DNA of 55,306 bases, taken from the IMG/VR virus record IMGVR_UViG_650377933_000002; one strand, written 5' to 3'. A model generated the notes under the pieces. The model did no database searches and was not told the DNA's origin. It worked only from the letters and a program-made list of their open reading frames with translations. The stretch comes from a virus. Its lineage: Duplodnaviria > Heunggongvirae > Uroviricota > Caudoviricetes. The position numbers and the translations under genes are program-made. Shown one piece after another: positions 32,212 through 40,217 of this stretch (positions are counted from its first letter, which is position 1; each line of letters begins with the position of its first letter).

Positions 32212-34028
32212 AACGTGCTCCGAACTTAAAATACCAACCGCGCGACAAAATGACAGAAGTCATCATTTTTGCTGGCAGTGATGCCTGGAGCCATGCAAAA
32301 GAATGGAATGAATGGGCGGGTAAGCATATTGCAGCAGATGATACACCACCAGTCATTCTGGGTACGGAACAACTGGAAAACCTGGATGATATGCAAATTA
32401 TCGATGAAGGCCGTCATTATGTGCGTGTTTATCGTGCCGGAAAGATCGCAGAGAAAAATCTGACGAAGGTTGCGACATTACTTGCTATTGCAGGCGTAAA
32501 GGAAGCACGTTGTTACCGTAGCTTTGTTGATCGAGAGCCTGAAGACTGGACTCCGCGCCTTGTCGGCCTAAAAGCTGAAGCGGAGCATGGGGAAAGTCTG
32601 GTGATTGAACTGCCAGTGAAGAAGGCAGAGCGCAAAAATGACGAGCGTGCTTCATCTTTGGCGTTGAATCAGATGGGGGCCAGCCAGCGCGGTGAAGTTC
32701 TCCTGGCACATTACGGCGGCGAACTGGCAATCAATGCCGACTCTGACACCGTTCATCATTACAACGGCGTTGTATGGGAGCCGGTTCAGGATAAAGAGTT
32801 ACAGCGTGCTATGGCGCAGATTTTCATTGATGCGGAGATCAGCTATTCGCAGAACGCCATTAAATCGGCGGTAGATACCATGAAGTTAAGTTTGCCTGTA
32901 ATGGGGAATACAGCCCGTAACCTGATTGGATTCAGTAACGGGGTATTTGATACCAGAACTGGTAATTTTCGGGAGCATAACAAAAACGACTGGTTGTTAA
33001 TTGCCAGTGAATTACCTTTCAGCCCACCAGCAGAGGGGGAAACGCTGGCAACACATGCGCCGAATTTCTGGAAGTGGTTGCGCCGTTCGGTGGCTGAGAA
33101 TGACCGCAAGGCAGATCGCGTACTGGCGGCATTATTCATGGTGCTGGCGAACCGGTACGACTGGCAGTTATTCATTGAGGTAACAGGGCCGGGGGGAAGT
33201 GGTAAAAGTGTGATGGCGGAGATTTGCACCATGCTGGCGGGTAAGGCTAATACAGTATCAGCAAGCATGAAGGCGCTGGAAGATGCAAGGGAACGTGCGT
33301 TAGTGGTTGGCTTTTCGCTGATTATCATGCCGGATATGACCCGCTACGCTGGTGATGGGGCAGGGATTAAGGCCATTACAGGCGGTGACAAGGTGGCAAT
33401 TGACCCGAAACACAAAGCCCCCTATTCAACGCGTATTCCGGCAGTAGTGCTGGCGGTTAACAATAACGCCATGTCATTCAGTGACCGCAGCGGGGGGATC
33501 TCACGTCGTCGGGTGATATTCAATTTTTCGGAAGTTGTACCGGAGAACGAACGCGATTCGATGCTGGCGGAAAAAATAGAAGGTGAGCTGGCGGTAGTGA
33601 TTCGCCATCTGCTTACACGGTTTGCTGATCAGGACGAAGCCAGACGCCTGTTATATGAGCAGCAGAAATCTGAAGAAGCACTGGCGATAAAGCGAGAGGG
33701 GGATTCGCTGGTGGACTTCTGCGGCTATCTCATGGCATCGGTAATGTGTGATGGCCTGTTAGTGGGTAATGCTGAAATTGTGCCATTCAGCCCACGCAGG
33801 TATCTCTATCATGCCTATCTGGCTTATATGAGGGCACATGGGTTTGGTAAACCTGTAACACTGACGCGCTTCGGTAAAGATATGCCGGGGGCAATGGCGG
33901 AATATGGCAGGGAGTATATGAAACGGAAAACGAAGCACGGTTTGCGTTCAAACGTGACACTGACGGAGGAATCAGAAGACTGGATGCCATCATGTGTATC
34001 GGTCACTAATGACGATAGCAAAAATTAA
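32208..34028 (+). CDS. primase/helicase (P4-alpha-like, SF3-type P-loop NTPase)
   Basis: 606-aa ORF with GGAGG RBS; Walker A VTGPGGSGKS and downstream Walker B-like acidic stretch (LIIMPDMT); followed by an iteron array. Confidence 0.8.
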   Translation: MKRAPNLKYQPRDKMTEVIIFAGSDAWSHAKEWNEWAGKHIAADDTPPVILGTEQLENLDDMQIIDEGRHYVRVYRAGKIAEKNLTKVATLLAIAGVKEARCYRSFVDREPEDWTPRLVGLKAEAEHGESLVIELPVKKAERKNDERASSLALNQMGASQRGEVLLAHYGGELAINADSDTVHHYNGVVWEPVQDKELQRAMAQIFIDAEISYSQNAIKSAVDTMKLSLPVMGNTARNLIGFSNGVFDTRTGNFREHNKNDWLLIASELPFSPPAEGETLATHAPNFWKWLRRSVAENDRKADRVLAALFMVLANRYDWQLFIEVTGPGGSGKSVMAEICTMLAGKANTVSASMKALEDARERALVVGFSLIIMPDMTRYAGDGAGIKAITGGDKVAIDPKHKAPYSTRIPAVVLAVNNNAMSFSDRSGGISRRRVIFNFSEVVPENERDSMLAEKIEGELAVVIRHLLTRFADQDEARRLLYEQQKSEEALAIKREGDSLVDFCGYLMASVMCDGLLVGNAEIVPFSPRRYLYHAYLAYMRAHGFGKPVTLTRFGKDMPGAMAEYGREYMKRKTKHGLRSNVTLTEESEDWMPSCVSVTNDDSKN

Positions 34029-34039
34029 ACTTATGGAAT

Positions 34040-34275
34040 AACTGTTCACCACTGTTCACCCTGTCATAAATATCTTTTATATCAGTATATTATAGGGTGA
34101 ACAGTTATTTATGAACTGTTCACCAAACTATTCACTGTTCACCTTTTTGATTGTTTATTGAGCTTCAAGGGTGAACAGTAGTGAACAGTTGGTGAATAGT
34201 TTTTGTGAAACTGTTCACCCATTAACATTATGAATTAAAAGAGAAAATATCAAAAGGTGAACAGGTGAAGGGTTA
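34040..34275. repeat. iteron array (about 9 copies of CTGTTCACC in both orientations), candidate replication origin of the element
   Basis: ACTGTTCACC at 34041 and 34051, GGGTGAACAGTT at 34095, AACTGTTCACC at 34114, CACTGTTCACC at 34133, GGGTGAACAGTAGTGAACAGTTGGTGAATAG at 34169..34199, CTGTTCACCC at 34211, GGTGAACAGGTGAAG at 34257. Confidence 0.75.
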
Positions 34276-34315
34276 AAACGCAAAAATTTTAATTTACTGC
34301 TGTGAGATAAAGCCT

Positions 34316-34561
34316 ATGACAGCGAAGCACACAAAAAAATCACAATCGCACGCCCTTGATTTGACGGAACACTGGTTAAGGGTGTCGATAAAAATCATCG
34401 ACCGCAACGCCGGGGAAGGATACGCGAAAGCACATCCCGAACTGATTAGCGCATTCATGACAACGGCGGCTGCAAACTTTGCCACTCTGACCGAACGGGA
34501 GATTGCTGAAGCGGAGGAAGTGACAACAATCAATATTAAGTCCGGAGAGCAGGCAGCATGA
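34316..34561 (+). CDS. hypothetical protein
   Basis: 81-aa ORF; stop overlaps the start of the downstream SSB-like gene (ATGA). Confidence 0.4.
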   Translation: MTAKHTKKSQSHALDLTEHWLRVSIKIIDRNAGEGYAKAHPELISAFMTTAAANFATLTEREIAEAEEVTTINIKSGEQAA

Positions 34562-35007
34562 CGGCGCAAATATCAGTTTACGGGCGGTTGGTGGACGACC
34601 CGCAGACAAAACAGACCAGCAAGGGCACCCCCATGACGCTGGCGCGTATGGCGTTATCACTGCCCTGCAGTCAGTCGGATGACGGTCAGGCGACGATGTG
34701 GTTATCTGTCCTGGCGTTTGGCAGACAAGCCGACGCGCTGGCAAAGCATCACAAAGGCGAACTCCTGAGCGTGGCGGGTAATATGCAGGTGAGCCAGTGG
34801 ACTGGACAGAACGGTGAAACGCGGCAGGGCTGGCAGGTTATCGCAGACAGCGTAATCAGTGCGCGAACGGTGCGACCGGGCGGCAAAAAAGGTCAACAGG
34901 GTCAGGCTACTGACGCACTGAACAGAGCAAAACAACAGGCAGATCAGCAAGGAAGCCATCCACCAGTGGGAGATAATGAACAATGGGGAGATGATATTCC
35001 GTTTTAA
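34558..35007 (+). CDS. SSB-like single-stranded DNA-binding protein
   Basis: 149-aa ORF ending in the canonical SSB acidic tail ..DDIPF preceded by a Gly/Gln-rich linker. Confidence 0.7.
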   Translation: MTAQISVYGRLVDDPQTKQTSKGTPMTLARMALSLPCSQSDDGQATMWLSVLAFGRQADALAKHHKGELLSVAGNMQVSQWTGQNGETRQGWQVIADSVISARTVRPGGKKGQQGQATDALNRAKQQADQQGSHPPVGDNEQWGDDIPF

Positions 35008-35224
35008 ATATTGCCAATAAAAAAGGCCGGAAAAAAATAAATTTTCCGGCATGCTACATAAATCCCGACCAAAGGGAGTGAAGATATTAACACTAATTAT
35101 CCGCGCTGAAGTTGTTATCCCAAAACTTTATACAACATTGCACTCGGTTGCATGTATTCGCATGACAAATATCGGTGATAGCATATATCCACAATTATTT
35201 TTAATGAATGCAAAGAGGATGCGT

Positions 35225-36265
35225 ATGGTTGATTTATATTCGCCTACCCAGCTTGTACAGGTGGTTAATGCTGTAGATGTACAAAAACAACTAAATGCGT
35301 TGTTTACCAGTTTGTTTTTTACTCGCTCGGTAATGTTTGAATCGCGCGATATTATTCTTGATACAATCGACGATCCAAATATCCCAATTGCAGCGTTTTG
35401 TTCTCCTATGGTGGGTAGTAAAGTTTCACGTGACGAAGGGTACGAATCAAAAACAATTCGTCCAGGCTATATGAAGCCGAAAAGCAGCATTGATCCAAAT
35501 AAGTTAGCTGTGCGCCCTGCTGGTGTATCACCTGAGCAATACAATGCTTTTGGAGCGCGTAATATTAAAGTTAAACAGGCGATTGTAAATCAGGCTAAAG
35601 CTATTCGTGCACGTATTGAATGGCTTGCCGTTCAGGCAATCACAACGGGGAAAAATATCATTGAGGGCGATGGTATTGAACGTTATGAGCTGGACTGGAA
35701 TATTAAACCACAAAATATCATCACTCAGTCTGGCGGTGCTGAGTGGTCAGGTAAGGATAAAGAAACTTTTGATCCAAATGATGATATTGAGAGCTACGCA
35801 GAATTTAGTGAGGGCGTCACTAATATCATCATTATGGGCGGTAATGTATGGAAGAAATACCGTTCATTCAGAGCGATAAAAGAGGCTCTGGATACCCGTC
35901 GTGGTTCTAATTCCGAACTGGAAACGGCTCTTAAAGACCTTGGTGATTCGGTGAGTTTTAAAGGGTATATGGGCGATGTTGCGATTGTTGTATACAGCGG
36001 GCGTTATACCGACGAGGACGGAACTGAAAAACATTTCCTTGATCCTGATTTGATGGTGCTTGGCAATACGGCTCTTCAGGGGATTGTCGCCTATGGCGGT
36101 ATTCAGGATCCGGAGCTAATCCGAATGGGGCTGACTAAAGCCGAACTTGCACCGAAAAACTATATTGTGCCTGGTGATCCGGCTATTGAATATGTGCAGA
36201 CACATTCAGCACCACAGCCAATACCGGCCCGCATCAATCGTTTTGTTACCGTTCGCATTGGCTAA
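35225..36265 (+). CDS. lambda E-like major capsid protein encoded by the inserted element
   Basis: ORF 35051..36265; ATG at 35225 with AAGAGG RBS gives 346 aa; clear homology to lambda E (RPGYMKPKSSIDP / ITQSGGAEWSGKDKETFDPNDDIESYAE / DTRRGSNSELETALKDLGDSVSFKGYMGDVAIVVYSGRY versus lambda TPGYVKPKHEVNP / ITQSGGTEWSKRDKSTYDPTDDIEAYAL / DTRRGSNSELETAVKDLGKAVSYKGMYGDVAIVVYSGQY). Confidence 0.8.
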   Translation: MVDLYSPTQLVQVVNAVDVQKQLNALFTSLFFTRSVMFESRDIILDTIDDPNIPIAAFCSPMVGSKVSRDEGYESKTIRPGYMKPKSSIDPNKLAVRPAGVSPEQYNAFGARNIKVKQAIVNQAKAIRARIEWLAVQAITTGKNIIEGDGIERYELDWNIKPQNIITQSGGAEWSGKDKETFDPNDDIESYAEFSEGVTNIIIMGGNVWKKYRSFRAIKEALDTRRGSNSELETALKDLGDSVSFKGYMGDVAIVVYSGRYTDEDGTEKHFLDPDLMVLGNTALQGIVAYGGIQDPELIRMGLTKAELAPKNYIVPGDPAIEYVQTHSAPQPIPARINRFVTVRIG

Positions 36266-36274
36266 GGGGGAGCA

Positions 36275-36616
36275 ATGGCTACTCATTACACTGAACTCAT
36301 GGCTGGCACTGAAGCACTGGTGACTACGCTGGGGATATTTTCAGCTAATAAAGGGGTAATTCCTGCATTTACGCCACTGATGCAGGAAGATGCAACAGGT
36401 GCACTGGTGGTATGGGATGGTTCGAGCGTAGGTAAAGCGGTTTATGTTTCCGCTGTACAAATCGACACCGCGAAAAAAACACAGGCTCAGGTCTATAAGA
36501 CAGGTGTCTTAAATGTTGATGCTCTGAACTGGCCTGAGTCTGTAAAAGAACTGTCAGTAAAGATTGCAGCGTTTGTTGGCTCAGGTATTTCTGTTCAGCC
36601 GCTGGCTCGTGTGTAA
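36275..36616 (+). CDS. D-like head decoration protein encoded by the inserted element
   Basis: 113-aa ORF directly after the E-like gene; weaker similarity to lambda D (..ALVVWDGSSVGKAVYVSAV.. / ..AAFVGSGISV.. versus ..[19 protein letters not shown].. / ..[11 protein letters not shown]). Confidence 0.55.
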   Translation: MATHYTELMAGTEALVTTLGIFSANKGVIPAFTPLMQEDATGALVVWDGSSVGKAVYVSAVQIDTAKKTQAQVYKTGVLNVDALNWPESVKELSVKIAAFVGSGISVQPLARV

Positions 36617-36627
36617 AGGGGGATACA

Positions 36628-37011
36628 ATGCAGAATGATTACAATGACCTTAAGCCAATTGCCGAAATGATGTACCCGAATCCAGCTGTAGAGGAATTAA
36701 AAGCTATCGCTGACAAAATGTGTTTAAGCGAGCGCCTTGTTGATATGAATCAGGTGATGGAAATTACAACCCTGAGTCGGCGTACACTGCTAAACCTTGA
36801 GGCTAGTGGAGAGTTCCCGGAGCGTGTGCAGGTTACGGAAGGGCGTAAGGCCTGGTATTTAAGTGAAGTGATCGACTGGATAAATAATATTCCTCGCGCT
36901 TCTGAATATTGCCGCGTACCTGTCCCAAAAAAGCCAGATGCGGCGCTATGCCTCAAGATTGAGCGTGTACGCCGCAATGCACGGGATGGTCGCTATAAGC
37001 TGATTGGTTGA
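36628..37011 (+). CDS. AlpA-like HTH DNA-binding protein directly upstream of the element cos site
   Basis: 127-aa ORF; central AlpA-like motif (..MNQVMEITTLSRRTLLNLEASGEFPERVQVTEGRKAWYLSEVIDWI..). Confidence 0.5.
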   Translation: MQNDYNDLKPIAEMMYPNPAVEELKAIADKMCLSERLVDMNQVMEITTLSRRTLLNLEASGEFPERVQVTEGRKAWYLSEVIDWINNIPRASEYCRVPVPKKPDAALCLKIERVRRNARDGRYKLIG

Positions 37012-37019
37012 TGAAATTA

Positions 37020-37256
37020 GGGCCCGCTCTGGCTGGCGGGTCCTTTCCGGCGATCTGACAGGCTACGGGGCGTCAGGCGCGCAGTTTTTCTCTATTTATG
37101 GAAATTTTCCGGTTTAAGGCATTTCCGTTCTTCTTCGCCGTAACTTTATGTTTTTATTTAAAATACCCCCTGAAAAGAAAGGAAATGACAGGCGCTGAAA
37201 ACGGGCATTTTGGCCTCTGTCGTTTCCTTTCTCTGTTTTTGTCCGTGGAATGAACA
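37020..37256 (+). other. second cos-like site carried by the inserted element (divergent cosN, conserved cosB)
   Basis: About 215 bp homologous to the phage cos/Nu1 leader at 21901..22117; cosB side nearly identical (..TATTTATG.AAATTTTCCGGTTTAAGGC.TTTCCGTTCTTCTTCGCCGTAAC..GAAAAGAAAGGAAA.GACAGG.GCTGAAAACGGGC.TTTT.GCCTCTGTCGTTTCCTTTCTCTGTTTTTGTCCGTGGAATGAACAATG) but the cosN segment differs (ACGGGGCGTCAGGCGCGCAG versus ACGGGGCGGCGACCTCGCGG). Confidence 0.8.
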
Positions 37257-37451
37257 ATGGAAGTCAACAAAGATCAACTGGCTGACATTTTGGGCAAGAG
37301 TTGTGCAATACTTTTGTCAGACGTAAATATTTTTGAGGAACATTATTATATTGATGTAATTAGAGATATGTTTGATAGGACTAGAAATAAAGCAGACGCC
37401 TTAGTTATGTCAATTGCTGAAATAATAAAGGAAAATAGCAATGATAAATAG
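37257..37451 (+). pseudogene. Nu1 5' remnant fused to unrelated AT-rich sequence
   Basis: First about 12 codons resemble Nu1 (MEVNKDQLADILG versus MEVNKKQLADIFG) then diverge into AT-rich sequence; 64-codon ORF ends at a convergent terminator. Confidence 0.5.
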
Positions 37452-37453
37452 AA

Positions 37454-37477
37454 AAAAGCGGTCACGCGACCGCTTTT
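37454..37477. terminator. bidirectional intrinsic terminator between convergent genes
   Basis: AAAAGCGGTC ACG CGACCGCTTTT palindromic hairpin flanked by A-run and T-run. Confidence 0.65.
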
Positions 37478-37514
37478 ATTATTTGCAAGTTATTTTTTTG
37501 CTGGAGATAAACTA

Positions 37515-38063
37515 TTACTGTTCACCAATTTGCTCTCTAAACTGTGTACTGAACGTATCTAGTTGAGAGACAAATGAATGTGCATTTAAAAATTTATTAT
37601 AAATCTCTTCAGCTGTGCTTTCTAATACAAAAGTAGCATAATTATTATGTGCTAATTTATTTCTTAGCTCTCCGATTTCCATAAAATCAGAGATAGACTT
37701 GGTCAACTCTGTGCTTGATTTTACCTTCTCAATCATAAACTCTTTAAATTTTGGGCCAAAAAAGGAAAAAAACTGGTTTGCATTCCTTTTTTTCCAATCA
37801 AAGAGTGTATGATACTGCCTGGTTAGGGCCTTATTATCGATAAAATCGTGTGTAAGATTACATTGGCTTGGGTTAAGCATACAATGTATCTTAGTTACAA
37901 CTAAAGTTTCAAAATAGCTAGCACATGCTAATAGCATTACTTTTGAAAATTGTGATTTGTAATCATTAGCAAAACTAATCTCATTATGAGTTAGAAGAAA
38001 ATCATAATAACACTTATAGTTATTAAACATACTTTCAATAGAAGTATATCCCATATCCTCCAT
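37515..38063 (-). CDS. HEPN-like protein (Rx4H motif), downstream gene of the DUF262 operon
   Basis: ORF 37515..38096 (GTG); ATG at 38063 lies 4 nt after the upstream stop; C-terminal ..EIGELRNKLAHNNY.. fits the HEPN Rx4-6H motif; strongly AT-rich. Confidence 0.5.
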   Translation of the reverse strand: MEDMGYTSIESMFNNYKCYYDFLLTHNEISFANDYKSQFSKVMLLACASYFETLVVTKIHCMLNPSQCNLTHDFIDNKALTRQYHTLFDWKKRNANQFFSFFGPKFKEFMIEKVKSSTELTKSISDFMEIGELRNKLAHNNYATFVLESTAEEIYNKFLNAHSFVSQLDTFSTQFREQIGEQ

Positions 38064-38067
38064 TATT

Positions 38068-39231
38068 TTACATTCCCTCCAAAATTGTTCTTGCACGTTC
38101 TAGACGTCCAATTACATGCTCTCTTCTTGTTGTTTTATCAGTACTAAATGTCAGAAATTCAGGATCATTTTTAAGCTTATCGATGTAATTCACCGTCACT
38201 TGTCTTATTTTTAGATCTTTATCTTTAAATGAGTCATAAGTTGCAGCATAAAAAATTGACTCAAATAAAGTTATACTCATACGATTCCCACCAGTTCTGA
38301 AATTGATTTCATCAATTCCATCAACACTATCCATAAATTCATTCCATATATTACTAAATAAAGTTATGTCTTTAGTGTCGTAGTTTTTTGCATAATTTGA
38401 GAAATTGTTCAAAAAACCGCTAACTGAGCTTTTGTATTGAGATGTAAAAAGGGACATAGCAAATGTGCGCAATATCGCTTCAATATCACTCAATCGCATG
38501 TCAACAACATTTTTTGAAAGAATTTTTCTCCATGTCTTGTTTTCATTCAATGAAACAAGATTTGAAAGAAAGTCTGAGTGATATAAACTCATACGAATTT
38601 CTTGAGGAGAAAGGTTCATTCCCCCACTATTTAGGCGGTTAAATATTTCAAACATTGCACCATCTTCCGAATCTTGTGCAACCGGTTTGATTACCATATT
38701 TCGTATGGTTGCCAGATTTAAAGTGGTTTGAAATTCGTTTAATGTTTCATAGTTTTTCCCATTAAACTTGTTTTTTTGGGTGTCTGATAGACCATCAAGT
38801 TTTAGGTTGAACTTTGTGAAGTATTCATCATTGTGAAGAATGTTTTCTGGAATGTTTCCATTATCTTCAAAGATTTTTCTCAGTTCAGAACGTTTCTCTT
38901 TTCTAGGGAATACACCATTTACAAAGTAATAAAGGGTCATTAATCTCTGCTGACCATCTATCACTAAAAATTCATTTTTATCTTGTTCATATAAAAATAT
39001 TTGAGGTATAGGAAGGCCTATTAAAAGAGATTCAATGAGTTTTGATGCTCGTTTGATATCCCAAACATAATGCCTTTGAAAGTTAGGGATTTTAAAAACT
39101 TTTGATTTAATAAAACTTATAATTGTGATTATATTAAAATCATTGGGCGTAGTAGTAAGTTGAAACTCATCAATTGGATAGGATTCTGGCTCATCCTCGT
39201 ATTGCTTTTCTTCATAATCTTCTGGTTGCAT
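38068..39231 (-). CDS. DUF262 (ParB-like nuclease/NTPase superfamily) protein
   Basis: ORF 38068..39279 (GTG); ATG at 39231 (MQPEDYEE..) preceded by AAGGA; hallmark DUF262 motif ..FLVIDGQQRLMTLYYF..; strongly AT-rich. Confidence 0.7.
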   Translation of the reverse strand: MQPEDYEEKQYEDEPESYPIDEFQLTTTPNDFNIITIISFIKSKVFKIPNFQRHYVWDIKRASKLIESLLIGLPIPQIFLYEQDKNEFLVIDGQQRLMTLYYFVNGVFPRKEKRSELRKIFEDNGNIPENILHNDEYFTKFNLKLDGLSDTQKNKFNGKNYETLNEFQTTLNLATIRNMVIKPVAQDSEDGAMFEIFNRLNSGGMNLSPQEIRMSLYHSDFLSNLVSLNENKTWRKILSKNVVDMRLSDIEAILRTFAMSLFTSQYKSSVSGFLNNFSNYAKNYDTKDITLFSNIWNEFMDSVDGIDEINFRTGGNRMSITLFESIFYAATYDSFKDKDLKIRQVTVNYIDKLKNDPEFLTFSTDKTTRREHVIGRLERARTILEGM

Positions 39232-39385
39232 CGTGTCATCCTTTTTCTTCGTGAATATGGTTTTTAGACAAGTCCTCACTACACATATCTGTATTGCAGA
39301 AAGTATTGCAGTGATAGGAGTTGCGTAGATATATAAACCACAAAGCTAAGTGAAATCAAATAGTTCTTTCGGGATTGACTCATGT

Positions 39386-39395
39386 AACCCAAGCA
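39386..39395. repeat. right copy of 10-bp direct repeat AACCCAAGCA (candidate att core)
   Basis: Identical to 28309..28318; immediately followed by the in-frame continuation of E. Confidence 0.65.
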
Positions 39396-40176
39396 TGAGG
39401 TGAATCCGCAGATGACCCTGCGTCGCCTGCCGGATGAAGATCCGCAGAACCTGGCTGACCCGGCTTACCGTCGTCGCCGTATTATTCGGCAGAATATGCT
39501 GGATGAAAATCTGGCGATTGCCCAGGTCGAAGAGATGCAGGCAGTTTCTGCCGTGCTTAAGGGCAAATATACCATGACCGGTGAAGCCTTCGATCCGGTT
39601 GAGGTGGATATGGGCCGCAGTGAGGCGAATAACATCACGCAGTCCGGCGGCACGGAGTGGAGCAAGCGTGACAAGTCCACGTATGACCCGACCGACGATA
39701 TCGAAGCCTACGCGCTGAACGCCAGCGGTGTGGTGAATATCATCGTGTTTGATCCGAAAGGCTGGGCGCTGTTCCGTTCCTTCAAAGCCGTCAAGGAGAA
39801 GCTGGATACCCGTCGCGGCTCTCATTCCGAGCTGGAGACAGCGGTAAAAGACCTGGGCAAAGCGGTGTCTTATAAGGGAATGTATGGCGATGTGGCCATC
39901 GTCGTGTATTCCGGACAGTACGTGGAAAACGGCGTCAAAAAGAACTTCCTGCCGGACAACACGATGGTGCTGGGGAACACTCAGGCACGCGGTCTGCGCA
40001 CCTATGGTTGCATTCAGGATGCGGACGCACAGCGCGAAGGCATTAACGCCTCTGCCCGTTACCCGAAAAACTGGGTGACCACCGGCGACCCGGCGCGTGA
40101 GTTCACCATGATTCAGTCAGCACCGCTGATGCTGCTGGCTGACCCTGATGAGTTCGTGTCTGTACAACTGGCGTAA
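39388..40176 (+). pseudogene. E: major capsid protein E, 3' fragment (codons 80-341)
   Basis: In-frame from CCC AAG CAT GAG GTG AAT CCG CAG (PKHEVNPQMTLRRLPDEDPQNLADPAYRRRRII..SVQLA), matching the lambda E C-terminal 259 aa; joined to 28074..28319 it gives a full 341-aa E. Confidence 0.9.
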
Positions 40177-40217
40177 TCATGGCCCTTCGGGGCCATTGTT
40201 TCTCTGTGGAGGAGTCC

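Larger units (their letters stand above)
28319..39395. mobile_element. ~11.1 kb integrative satellite-like element (P4/PICI-like) inserted in capsid gene E
   Basis: Interrupts E between codons 82 and 83; flanked by a 10-bp direct repeat; int and alpA next to the left junction; primase-helicase, iterons, SSB-like gene, E- and D-like genes, cos copy; AT-rich cargo at the right end. Confidence 0.75.

Noticed and set aside
34040-34275. Possible CRISPR array (short repeats)
   Set aside because: Repeats are only about 9 bp, occur in both orientations and lack uniform spacers; they are origin iterons. The same reasoning applies to the O-gene iterons at 8805..8917. No CRISPR array is present in the window.
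35022-35052. Hairpin GCCGGAAAA..TTTTCCGGC between the SSB-like gene and the E-like gene
   Set aside because: No U-tract follows on the plus strand and no minus-strand transcript is expected to end here; left unannotated as a terminator.
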